Below are positions 12,702-25,625 of a DNA stretch of 64,000 nucleotides, in pieces. The notes under the pieces were generated by a model. The model saw nothing but the letters and a program-made list of their open reading frames with translations, made no database searches and had not been told where the DNA came from. The stretch comes from Octopus vulgaris. Lineage: Eukaryota. Within the stretch, counting starts at the first letter, position 1. The number at the start of each line of letters is the position of its first letter. Position numbers and translations under genes: made by a program. The DNA lies in the NCBI GenBank assembly GCA_951406725.2, contig OX597814.1, forward strand, positions 28,768,001 to 28,832,000, in the 5' to 3' direction.

Positions 12702-13782
12702 TTGTATGTGTGTGCGCGATTGTTTGTGTGTGTACGTGTGTGTGTATGGATCTATGTTTATATACATACGCCTACGTACATTTAAACAATTAGATGTTTT
12801 TATTCCCAGATTTAGAAGAATTTTCTATTGGACTATAAATAATGGTGCGTCAATATAAGGGCTTCTCTATTACTTTCCGATATGAAATTAAGAAAAAAAG
12901 ATATTTTTAATACACAAATAAACAAATAAATAAACAGGCAAACAAGTAAACAAAATACTCTAATAGTGCAGCGTCTGTCTAATTGCAACAGATTTAGCAA
13001 CGATTTCAGACTTGGCGCCTTAAGAAGAATTTCTTGTTGATACCGTTGGAGAAGATAACGAATGCCATGTTAGAACTTTGCGTAGTAAGAGACGATGGGT
13101 GGGGTGGGGTGGGGGGTACAAAAGAAGCGGAAGGAAGGAAGAAAGAAAAAAATGAAAAAGGGAGAAAGGGAGGAAAGTAGGGAGAAGGGGGAGCGAGGTG
13201 GGAGAAAAATGAAGAAGGGGAAGAAGAGAGTGAGAGAAAGAAAGAAAGAGAGAGAGAGGGGAGGCGGGGCGGAGAGGAAATACTTCGGAGGGGTGGTGGG
13301 GGTGGATGAGAGGGGGGATCTCGACGTTTCACATTTAACAGGTAAACAAGATAGGTTTTTTTTTTAAGCAGCCTCGTTTCTCACACCTGGAAAACACCCT
13401 AACCTTTCTGATTCGTTGCTTGCTTGCTTGCTTGCTCGCTTGCTTGGCTGTTTGCTTGCTAGTTAGTTAGTTAAGTGAGAAAGGTGGTGGGTAATGTGAG
13501 TGAGGAATCAAGTCAGCAGTCGAAAAATCAGTGATGATACATCCCAGATTCAATTTCTTCGCTTACTGCAGTCTTTTTATCTCCAAAATGGAATGCCGAC
13601 CCCCAGCTGGCGGTAGTCTAGTCATCTGGGGAACCATATAAGTCCCACTTCCTCTCGTTCCCATCTTCTATCAGATCGTCTATTTATTTGTCAGTTTCTG
13701 CCTTTGTCTCCTTTGCTTTATCTCTCCACGCTCTCCCTCTCTCTCTCTACCCACGTATCTATTTACCTATTTGTCTGCTTGT

Positions 13783-14340
<558 letters not shown>

Positions 14341-14504
14341 TAGCTCTTTGTGTATGTACACGTGTTGTTGTGTGTTTGTAAATATGTGTGCATGTGCACG
14401 TATCTATACATATACGCGATGTCACACGTCTGTTCATGTGAATCTATCGATTTGTATTATTAAAATACTTTATATATATATATATTTATATATATATATT
14501 TATA

Positions 14505-14825
14505 TAGGCGCAGGAGTGGCTGTGTGGTCCGGGTTCAGTCCCACTGCGTGGCATCTTGGGCAAGTGTCTTCTACTATAGCCTCTGGCCGACCAAAGACTT
14601 GTGAGTGGATTTGGTAGCTGGAAACTGAAAGAAGCCCGTCGTATATATACATATATATATATGTGTGTGTGTTTGTGTGTCTGTGTTTGTCCCCCTAGCA
14701 TTGCTTGATAACCGATGCTGGTGTGTTAACGTCGCCGTCACTTAGCGGTTCAGCAAAAGAGACCGATAGAATAAGTACTGGGCTTACAAAGAATAAGTCC
14801 CGGGGTCGATTTGCTCGACTGAAAC
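14505..14825 (+). mobile_element. tRNA-derived SINE family B with internal (TA)n(TG)n microsatellite
   Basis: ggcgcaggagtggctgtgtgg...gggttcagtcccactgcgtggca...gaaagaagcccgtcg-(TA/TG)n-tgtttgtccccc...ggggtcgatttgctcgact. Confidence 0.88.
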
Positions 14826-14885
14826 AATATATATATATATATATATATATAGTTATTTTCATGTTGAACCTTCAAGGGAAGTAAC

Positions 14886-14924
14886 TCCGAACGTTTATGA
14901 GCTTTCTCAACCGTCATCAGCGGA
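14886..14924 (-). ncRNA. Degenerate minimal hammerhead ribozyme (PLE pLTR type)
   Basis: Minus strand UCCG-CUGAUGA-stemII-UAAA(G12 mutated)-CGUU-CGGA; stem I perfectly paired. Confidence 0.5.
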
Positions 14925-15439
14925 AGTTTAGTCCGCCAATTTGTTTCTGGAGCTTATTTTATATTTTTCACGTGTATTTGTTTCTAGTTTATGGAGACAG
15001 TGCACCAGCATGGCCAATGCTGTATGGTAAGAACCAGTAAAAAGGTAAAATAGCTTGAAACTATGCTTTCTTTTGTTTGCGTTTCCAATTGTGCTTCATT
15101 CATTTTGATAAAAGTAGTCATCCTTGTTATCTGCTGAGCCATTTTTACTCTTATCATCGAAATATAACAATACCTACCAAACTAAAAGTCCTATCTACTT
15201 GTATATACATACATACTAATTAGAAAATTACAGTTACAAATCTTGAATGGAATTGTAAGAATATGTAACATATATTCCAACGTTTATCTTGTAAAATGTA
15301 TAAATATATAGGTATAGGGAAAAACAAACATGTGTACATATACACAGTCGTAAATCAAATCAACGATTCACTTACGCAATGACATACATACCTGCATATA
15401 AATATTATGTATAAGCACATTCGCGCAGACATGCATGCA

Positions 15440-15922
15440 TGCATACATACATGATGGCCGTCCACACGTGACCGAGGAAGACCATTGCCGACCTTCAGGA
15501 ACATTGTGCGCTCTAGGACTAACTTATATTTTGCATTTGCGGCTCCGTTGGTGGCTAATTAGCCCTGCTCTTGACAAGCATACACGACTGCAAACATTGC
15601 AGACCAAGCTTTCCCCATTCACTATACGAGCCGTGCACTTTCGCGCAGCTCGCTTAAGTTCTTCATGCTGGATACGTGCTCTCTCAAATGTGTCGATCTC
15701 CTCCTTAACCTGCTTTCTTCATCTGTGGCGATGACAGGCATTGTTCTCCCAGTCAGTGTCCTGTATAAAAAAAGCCTTTAACGAGGACTTGACACAGTCC
15801 TTAAATCGTAGCCTTGGTTTCTGCCGGAATCTCCTTCCATTCACAAGTTCTCCATAGAGCATCTGCTTAGGAATCCTTCTATCCTCCATTCTAATAAGGT
15901 GTCCAGTCCAACGCAACCGGTG
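15440..15922 (-). mobile_element. 5'-truncated RTE-clade LINE 3' end
   Basis: HRLRWTGHLIRMEDRRIPKQMLYGELVNGRR...PRLRFKDCVK..DWE..A.HR.*R, then CNVCSRVCLSRAGLISHQR. Short 3' UTR with (tatg) tail; flanked by (TACA)n. Confidence 0.92.
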
Positions 15923-15972
15923 CATACATACATACATACATACATACATACATACATACATACATACATACA

Positions 15973-16006
<34 letters not shown>

Positions 16007-16099
16007 GCGTAACATAACTCAATCCAGATGGCTATAGAAAGGAGCTTGAAACGCAGTGTCCTTCTAAACTATGATTAAATAGCAGGCCATTTTTGACGA

Positions 16100-18200
16100 G
16101 AAGAGGGAAGAAAAGCCTGTCAACTTTTATGTTAGAATTATTAACAACGGAGCTATATGAAAAACGTAGTGGCACATTTTAGTTTATCAATATATATTTG
16201 TGTATAACTGATGTTATTCTACAAGAACATCACGAGGGTATCTGCAGTGCGCGAGGTAGTGAAGTAATTTACCATAGACAACCCAGATGGATAACAAAAC
16301 AAAAAAGGAAGCATCAACAATCTGCATCGCAAAACCGGACATTTAGCTACCATCTTAAGGTGTAAGGTGAATAATAGATTCACACCTCACCAACTGCATC
16401 TTATGAAAATATCGATGAAAATGTACGGAAATTCTTCACATTGAAGGTTTGAAAGGAAACTAATAATATTAAATCTCAATACCAGTAGCAAAAATACTAT
16501 AAAGAAGTGGCATTAGCCATAAGTTTGTTTCTAATTCGCAAGATGTTCTCCGGAAGATGAATAAAAACAATATCTTTGTAGAAACAGTCCCTTATCAAGA
16601 AAATTGCAAATTGTTTTGGTAAAAGGATTTTTATAGACTGAGATGGGGATAGATGCAATTAAAACAGAATATTATACCAACATCAGTAGTAAAACTTAGA
16701 AAATCAATTTTGAGACCAAAACTATGGGAAGTTGCATAATTGAATGGCACCAGAGAGAGATATAATAAGCGGATACATAATAGCTGGATACTGATACCAG
16801 TTGATATGTCCATTCGTATGTATATATTTAAAAGGACTATGGAAGGTCAGATGAATACACCAAATTAGCTTGCTATAGCACAGAAGAGCCTTGTAGCCAA
16901 GAATGGAAACACTAGCTTGACAGAAAATTGTAGGCTCAATGCTTATCTAAACATTATGTACAAAATGTACGCGACTCGTCACAAGTTCCTCCATGTCTGT
17001 TGCCAGTATAACAATTGTTGATGGCTGTTGAAAAAGGCAGATGGAAAGGATAGTAAAGTTGGGATCTGAAGAATAAGTTTGGTCAATAAAGTATCTGAAG
17101 TAAGGAAACATCGTCGAAACTTTGTGACAGTATCGCTTTCTTATAGATTCTTTTCTTGATGATAGCTCACTGCACCTGGCAAAAGAATCTAAGTTGTTGC
17201 CATCGAAGGGCTTACACACACTCGGTCAATAATCCTCACATTTGTAGCTGAAAAGAGAAACTATTATCTTCTATGTTATATATACATCTTTCAAAGGGAA
17301 TATTCCAGGAAAAGAATATATCTGTGCTGTTTAGCTTCACCAAAGCAATGGGAAAGTTAAAGTTGCATAATTGAATGGCATTAAATCCACTATTGTTTCT
17401 TTTATAAAAATCCAGTGGTCATACGTTAGGGCTTACAACAGAAAGAGATAATAAAGTTACTCATAACTTAAGAGTTAAATTAGAAATATTTACAATACTA
17501 GGAAACTTCTGTATTTAATAACATTTTCAACTGTTAGAAGGATGGAATATGGCTAAGTCAACTATATCCAGTAGAACGCGGAAAAACTACTTTCTAAACC
17601 AGTCAGGCTACATTTTCTGGGCCACACAATGAGTGCTTAAAGATGCTTAGGAATTGATCAAAATTTATTATATACAGATGCTGTGAACGAAGATAGATTA
17701 ACGAAAGAATATTGTGATGGACTTAATGAATATGACAACCAGCGTTTTTGTTTTTCAAGACAATATCCCAAAATGCATTTGTAGCATCAGTACCGATACA
17801 ACAACTTGAATACTTGACTGATTTATGGGAAATATGCTTAATAGACTTTGACATCAAATAGAAGCTTTCACAAAAACAGTGATATAGGCCAAGTCTGTTT
17901 CAGAAGTAAAAAACTGAAAGCAGAGACTTAAGATTAACGCAGAAAATTTTTGAGTGCCGTATGGTATCACCAAATATCAACGACAGCAAAAAATAAATAC
18001 ATCAACCAAGTGCACAAAATTGAAAAGAACAAAATCAAATGGGACAATAGTGAAGAAAGTACTTCTTGAGGAACTACTTATTTCTCAATGGCTTCTCAAG
18101 TGATACTAGATCTACTGAACCAGCGTACCTCAACAAAGGCCTGGAAAAGCAACACTCCAAAAGCAACACAGTAACAGATTGTTTCTGAGTATGTCTCCGG
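16100..18200 (+). mobile_element. Heavily decayed RLE-clade (R4/Dong/NeSL-like) LINE, RT region
   Basis: Scattered motif remnants in order: ENCRLNAYLNIMYKMYA (about 16924; cf. NYRPITCLNTMYK), KGIFQ (about 17294), and HKNSDI..V.FRSK...R.L (about 17870; cf. HPKSDVDRLYLPRKEGGRGL). Boundaries approximate. Confidence 0.6.
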
Positions 18201-18219
18201 TAAAACTGAGAATATTGAT

Positions 18220-18900
18220 AACATTGGCTTCAAATTTTGGCACAAGACCAACAAATTTCGTGGGTGTGGCGGAGGCCAATCGATTCCATTGACCACAGTG
18301 TTCAGCTGATACTTATTTTTATCGACCCAAAAAGGCTGAAAGTCGACCTCGGCAGAATTTGAACTCAGAACGTAAAGACAAACCAAATGTCGCTAAGCAT
18401 TTTGCCCAGCGTGCTAACGATTCTGCCATCTCGCCGACTTACAAAGGATATTGATAATATTAGTTTCACATTTTTGCACAAGGCCATCAATTTCGGAAAA
18501 GGGTGTAAATTGATTTCATCGACACCAGTGATTAACTCGTACTTATTATATCGACCCCGAAAGGATGAAATGTAAAGTCGACCTCGGTGGAATTTGAACT
18601 CGGAACGTAAAGACGAACGAAATACTGCTAAGAATTTTACCTAACGTGTTAACGATTTTGCCAACTCACCTATTTCTTTACTACCCACAAGGGGCTAAAC
18701 ACAAAGAGGACAAACAAGGACAGACAAACGGATTAAGTCGATTATATCGACCCCAGTGCGTAACTGGTACTTAATCGACCCCGAAAGGATGAAAGGCAAA
18801 GTCGACCTCTGTGGAATTTGAACTCAGAACGTAGCGGCAGACGAAATACCGCTTAGCATTTCGCCCGGCGTGCTAACGTTTCTGCCAACTCACCGCCTTA
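18220..18900 (-). mobile_element. Tandem array of three SINE family A/A-like copies
   Basis: Units at about 18220-18445, 18460-18670 and 18671-18900; tattgataa recurs at about 18213, 18449 and 18905. Confidence 0.8.
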
Positions 18901-19041
18901 AAGCTATTGATAATATGAACATGAAGTATGACCCATTGACTCATGACCGTTAAATCATGTCGCAATTCGAAGATTATCCTTTTGCAATCCGAGATACCAA
19001 CGAAATGCCCAATAAACAAAAGAATATACAGCGAAGACTTT

Positions 19042-19428
19042 GGGAAGCACTCCGTCGGTTACGACGATGAGGGTTCCGGTTGATCCGAATCAATGGAACA
19101 GCCTGCTCGTGAAATTAACGTGTGAGTGGCTGAGCACTCCACAGACACGTGCACCCTTAACGTAGTTCTCGGGAATATTCAGCGTGACACAGAGAGTGAC
19201 AAGGCCGGCCCCTTGAAATACAGGTACAACAGAAAGAGGAAGTAAGAGTGAGAGAAAGTTGTGGTGAAAGAGTACAGCAGGGATCACCACCATCCCCTGC
19301 CGGAGCCTCGTGGAGCTTTTAGGTGTTTTCGCTCAATAAACACTCACAACGCCCGGTCTGGGAATCGAAACCGCGATCCTATGACCGCGAGTACGCTGCC
19401 CTAACCACTGGGCCATTGCGCCTCCACT
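19042..19428 (-). mobile_element. SINE family C, full length, young
   Basis: 12-bp TSD agcgaagacttt (19030-19041, 19429-19440); only a few differences from the 2778-3170 copy. Confidence 0.92.
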
Positions 19429-19894
19429 AGCGAAGACTTTAACCCCTACCATGCAGCGACCGAACCTAGATTGGCCGACCCTTCTTTTTTGTCCACAATG
19501 ACACTGTATACAAGGCGTTCACATTTGTTTATTACAAGTAGTGTTTCAAAAATCTATAGCGGTATTCTGTAGTTGCAGCATAACATTAAAGCAAAACATT
19601 GTTAACATATAAGTTATTTATTAATATTGAATATCTTAGATGTTGTTATCCAAATATTTTTGTTCAGTTAATTCTGTTATGTTTTTAGAAGCTGGTTAAA
19701 GAGAAGAAAATGGGCAGTTTCCACAATATTGATAGAACTTCCCCTGGTTAAATTGTTTTCTAATGCAGATACACGACTAGACTTGTTGGTGGATAGTTCA
19801 ATCAATTATCACAACTCAAGTAAATCATTGGTACTTAGTCTATAGAACTCACAACATTGAAAATCAACGTCTACCTCTACGTTTTATGAAATCA

Positions 19895-20097
19895 GTCGAG
19901 CTGGCAGAAACGTTAGCACGCCGGGCGAAATGCTTAGCAGTATTTCGTCTGCCGTTACGTTCTGAGTTCGAATTCCGCCGAGGTCAACTTTACCTTTCAT
20001 CCTTACGCACTGGGGTCGATGTAATCGACTTAATCCGTTTGTCTGTCATTGTTTGTCCCCTCTATGCTTAGCCCCTTGTGGGTAATAAAGAAATAGG
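19895..20097 (+). mobile_element. SINE family A, monomer with internal deletion
   Basis: Family A match; TSD-like tatgaaatcag/tatgaagtcag. Confidence 0.85.
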
Positions 20098-20399
20098 TAT
20101 ATGAAGTCAGAACGTTAAAAGACTCGTCTAAATACAATAATGCATTTTGGTCGGCGCTCTACCGATTTTATCACGACCATAGAGTGCACTTGGTTCAATA
20201 CTGAACACTGACATCTTGCAGTGTGCTTAGCGGAAGGCAGGATTGGCTTTTAAAATTTATTAACCATTACCGAATATATAATTGTCTGTTGGTGTTGCAA
20301 AGCTGTGATACATTATAGAGAGCGCAATGTGCAACGCATTACTCAATTTTTGTTCAACTCACATATAGCGAAATGAGGTGGGTTGGGCTGAACTGAAAA

Positions 20400-20815
20400 G
20401 TCGTAGGAGTGGCTGTGTGGTAAGTAGCTTGCTTACAAACCACATGGTTCCAGGTTCAGTCCCACTGCGTGGCACCTTGGACAAGAATCTCCTGCTATAG
20501 CCTCGGGCCGACCAAAGCCTTGTGAGTGGATTTTGTAGACGGAAACTGAAAGAAACCCGTCGTATATATGTATATATATATGTATGTATGTGCGTATATG
20601 TTTCTGTGTCTGTGTTTGTCCCTCCAACATCGCTTGACAACCGATGCTGGTGTGTTTATGTCCCCGTAACTTAGCGGTTCGGCAAAGAGATCGATAGAAT
20701 AAGTACTAGGCTTACAAAGAATTAGTCCTGGAGTCGATTTGCTCGACTAAAAGTGGTGATCTACTCGTAGTATGGCTTCAGTCAAATGACTGAAACACGT
20801 GAAAGAGTAAAAGAG
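20400..20815 (+). mobile_element. SINE family B, full length
   Basis: Head, internal microsatellite, (aaagagt) tail. Confidence 0.88.
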
Positions 20816-21674
20816 TATGCATTGTAAATTGGGTTCTCAATAATGTATCACAGCTTTGCAGCACCCACACTTGACTTATTATCTGAATATTGTCTGTATT
20901 ATGTGAAGGTTATGGATGTGGCGGAATCGGTATTGCACTGAGTAACACGCAATGCAGTTCATACTTACGTCTATTGATGTTCTGCATTCGAATTTAACCA
21001 AGTTTGAATTTCTTTCATTCTTCTGAGGAAGCTAGAGTATAGAACAAATAGCAAGTGAAATACTAAGGTCCACACGGTTTTAATTGCTAATGAAACCATG
21101 CCAACTGAATAAAGTTACAAACGATTACCGTTATTCTAGTATGCATAAAGGAATTAGTAAAACATGATAGAAAAATAGAAAAATGCTTGAGATAAAAATA
21201 AAACAAATCGAAATGATCGAGGAAATAAAATAAAGCTAGAGATTAAAAAAAAAAAAATAATAACAAAGACAGAAACAAAAGTGAAAGAAGATAAACGACA
21301 TGTACTGCACTCTTGTCTCTGTATAGTTTCAACCAAGGTGTGATGTATTTTTAGTACTTGTGGTTATCTATCAACACAATATCGAATCAGATATGGATGT
21401 GATTAGAATTGGGAAGCCAGCTGTCTCTGAGTGATTTCAATTTGAGTAAAATGGTTTAGTTTATCTAATTACTTTTGCTGTTGTAGTTATTCCTATACTT
21501 CACCTATCTCAGGAGCTAGATTGGACTTCAAATGGCTTCAGATGATTTATTCTGCTTTAGCAAAACAAATACTACGAAAACTGTGATACTGCGGTAATTT
21601 ACTTAAAACATACTTTCATTCCGTTTTTCGAGGTAAGCGAAGACTATAAGATAAAGCCAACCTAGAACTATACT

Positions 21675-22108
21675 GAGATCTTTTCGGTTTGAACGGCAGT
21701 TTTTTCTAGCGGTGTCATATGAAATTGTCACCCATAATTATGACCCTAGTATCGATCTATTGCATTTCAATCTATTTTAGGGTTAGGGTTAGTTAGGGTT
21801 AGGGTTGGGGTTGGGGGCAAGGGTATCTTTTTTTCTTCACAAATGTAAATAAACCCAATCTGTTTCTTAAACGAGGGACATATTCATACGGCGCAGAATG
21901 TTGTTTACCTCAATAGACGTATTTGATTGGTTGAAATTGCAGAAATTGAAGAAAAAGACAACAAATATCTTATAAACTATAGAATTTTCTCAATAAAGCC
22001 AAGAGAAAAACGTGTTTTATAAACACATTCTACCAGTATACGAAGTTTAAAATTTTTTAGTTACCTAGAAATTATGTTAAAAACTGCCGTTGAAACCGAA
22101 AAGATCCC
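21675..22108. mobile_element. MITE (non-autonomous DNA transposon) with internal TTAGGG repeats
   Basis: 30-bp TIRs gagatcttttcggtttgaacggcagttttt / aaaaactgccgttgaaaccgaaaagatccc; possible 6-bp TSD tatact/tatatt; tagggttagggttagttagggttagggtt at about 21778-21806. Confidence 0.85.
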
Positions 22109-22589
22109 TATATTGATATGTTGTATAGAAAATAGAACTTGAATTTGTAGGGTTCGAAATTGTGTGATGTTCATGCCTAGATCAAAATAACCATCATTGT
22201 GTATAAAGATGTGATATAGTCAAAAATCGAAACTAAACCATAGATGTTGTGAAGTATGGTTTGTAATTCGTTTCTCCATTTACAATTGTTTTATTAGTTT
22301 GATATTCTTAAGCTTAATAATCTTAGTATGTTGTTAGTTGGCTAATTAAATATGAGGTTGGGGTGATAGCATATAAGGGTAAATTTCCGATTAAATGAGC
22401 TTGCATATTAGTTTTCATTTCTGACTCAAGACTGTCCATTCCAAAATGGCTGCTTATAAATATTTTCTTTACTCGAATATATTTTACTCCTTATATATAT
22501 ATGTGTGTGTGCGCGCGCGTGTGTGTGAGCGTGTGTTTACGTGTGTGTGTTTACTTGTGTATGTGTGTATACATACATACTTGCATACA

Positions 22590-23229
<640 letters not shown>

Positions 23230-23269
23230 ACAGTATATGTGTGTATGTGTGTGTGTGTGTGTGTTTATG

Positions 23270-23435
23270 TGTGTGTGTGCGTGTGTGTGACCGCGTGTGT
23301 ATCGTTGGCGATTTTCTTTCTCCGTCTTCTCTTCTTTAGACCTTTCCTTTTTCTATGTTTCTGACGAAGAGCTCCACTCGAAACGTTAAATCCTCCTTTC
23401 TTCTCTTGAGCGTCTTTGTTCATGTTTGGATTAAC

Positions 23436-23436
<1 letters not shown>
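23270..23436 (+). mobile_element. PLE pseudo-LTR terminal module (same family as 33200-33508 and 34697-34900)
   Basis: Shared ttggcgattttc...ctgacgaagagctcc..ctcgaaacgtt...tgagcg...ttggatt; flanked by microsatellites. Confidence 0.75.
23357..23391 (+). ncRNA. Minimal hammerhead ribozyme
   Basis: GUUU-CUGACGA-A-GAG(cucca)CUC-GAAA-CG-UU^AAAU; palindromic AACGUU in place of stem III. Confidence 0.7.
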
Positions 23437-23499
<63 letters not shown>

Positions 23500-24039
23500 A
23501 AAATAACTCCAAAAGAATGAGTCAAATAGTGTTCATAATCAAATTAGTTTCCTTTAATTACAATTAGATTGTTTTAATTTGAAATTAATTATGCAGCAAT
23601 AATTATTATAATAGTAGCAGTGCACACAGGTCATCTCCAAACGATTGAAATATGTGGCCCTATTCCGATTAGTGGATAAAAGCATTTTCCATCCGCTCCC
23701 TCCCATGATTGTTGTTCTTTTTACAGAAAAACAATGTATGTCACAACAACCTATTTTCGTCGTTTGTAATAAGTATATATGGTTCTTCATTAAACTAAAT
23801 CAAATATATTATAATTATTGTCTAAGGTAGTAATGTAAAAGAGATAAATGTTCACCATGGGGTTCTGCATGCTTGAATAACTGATATTTTTTTAGTTTAT
23901 GACAACGGACCGGATGGTGTTCTTTACTCGCTGGCTGTCTGTTCGAAATACAAGCTACATCTCATGGTTGCAGTACTATCTCTCTCTCTCTCTCTCTCTT
24001 CCTCTCCTTTTCTTCCTCCCCCCCCCTCTCTCTCTGCTG

Positions 24040-24322
24040 GCTTACAATAAGGCAGCCTATGGAGTTCAGCTTCTAATATCTAACCTGGCAGATGTGAACA
24101 ACACTAAATGTCTGTCTTGGGCCATAGGACTGATAAGGCCGTTTTTTCGGTTTTCACAGGGTATAAGTGGCAGAGATCACAACATTTCCCATAAACTCCG
24201 TTGGAAGGTTACTCATTTTACGGCTGAGTGCAAGAGCCTCGTGAAATGAAGTGTTTTGCTCGAAACTACAATCTTACGATCCTGATACATAACATCCTAA
24301 CCGCTAGACCACGCATCTTCAC
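24040..24322 (-). mobile_element. Degenerate tRNA-derived SINE (family D-like)
   Basis: catttta..gctgagtg...gtgaaatgaagtgttttgctc...taaccgctagaccacgcatcttcac matches the family D head/central region. Confidence 0.55.
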
Positions 24323-24972
24323 GAGTGAACAATGATCCGACGTTATAAACATTTTCCGGACTCTCCGTCTTATTGTGCATACTTTCTTTCCAGCGCGTTC
24401 TAAATTTAATTCTCATGAAGGAGTGCTTTGTTCTACATCACTCTATGGTTGATAAAATATGCAATAGCAGATTACTGGGTGAATTCAATCGTCTGTACTC
24501 TCTCTTACAAATGTCTCAGGCCTTTTGCCAAAACTAGAAATCATTATAATGTTTAGTTATGGCAAACACCTATAGGTAAGCTTACAATGAACAAACATTG
24601 TATCCTGATTTCGAATCCCAGTTGTACTTAATGCAGGTGATAAAGCATTTGAAAAATGCCTGAACCTCACATCTGCCATGTTTCCCCAACCTGGATTTAA
24701 GAGAGCTGATTCTATATAAAAGTTTACCATGGATTGCTAATAGTGTGAATCTGTTTTATTGAAAAGATTAAGTGGAACGTAAAACTGCAATGAAATATGA
24801 CGAGCAAAAGAAGATGGAATGAAGCTAGAATGTTGACCTTGAATAAAATTTTGACAATGTAATATCATAGTTTGTGTACTCTAAAAGCTGCAAGAAATAA
24901 AACATTTTGTGTTTTCCGCTTGGAATCCAACTAAGTGATTATATGTTGTGAAGCAAAGAGTATTACAATATC

Positions 24973-25197
24973 TATTTCTTTACTACCCACAAGGGGCTAA
25001 ACACAGAGGAGACAAACGACAGACAAACGGATTAAGTCGATTACATCGACCCCAGTGCGTAACTGGTACTTATTTAATCGACCCCGAAAGGATGAAAGGC
25101 AAAGTTGACCTCGGCGGAATTTGAACTTTAGCGGCAGACGAAGTACCGCTAAGCATTTCGCCCGGCGTGCTAACGATTCTGCCAGCTCGCCGCCTTA
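24973..25197 (-). mobile_element. SINE family A, monomer
   Basis: TSD tattacaatatc at 24961-24972 and about 25199-25210. Confidence 0.9.
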
Positions 25198-25246
25198 TTA
25201 TTACAATATCATTTCCTATTAACTATTAATATTTCATTCCATATAA

Positions 25247-25625
25247 TAAGGCGGCAAGCTGGCAGAATGGTTACCACACCTGGAAAAAGGTTTAGCAGTA
25301 TTTTGCCGGTCTTTACGGTCTGAGTTCAAAATTCGGCCGAGGTCGACTACTGAGGTCAATGTAATCGACCTTGCCCATCCCCCAAATTGCTGGCCTTGTG
25401 CCAAAATTTGAAACCAATATTAATACATGCAAAGGTGGTGAGCTGGCAGAGACATTAGAGCGTCGGAAAAAGTACCCTGCCGCATTTCTTCCGATTCTTA
25501 TAGTCTAAGATCAAATCCCACCCAGGTCAACTTCGTCTTTCATCCCTCCGGAGTTGATAACATAGAATATCAACCAACATCCTCACCTTAAAACTCCTAG
25601 CCTTGTGCCTAAATCAGAAACCGTT
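25247..25625 (+). mobile_element. Two older SINE A-like copies in tandem
   Basis: aaggcggcaagctggcaga...ggccttgtgccaaaatttgaaac (25247-25420) and a diverged copy at 25432-25625. Confidence 0.7.

Noticed and set aside
21778-21806. TTAGGG repeats as a telomere or fusion scar
   Set aside because: Only a few units, lying inside a TIR-bounded MITE.
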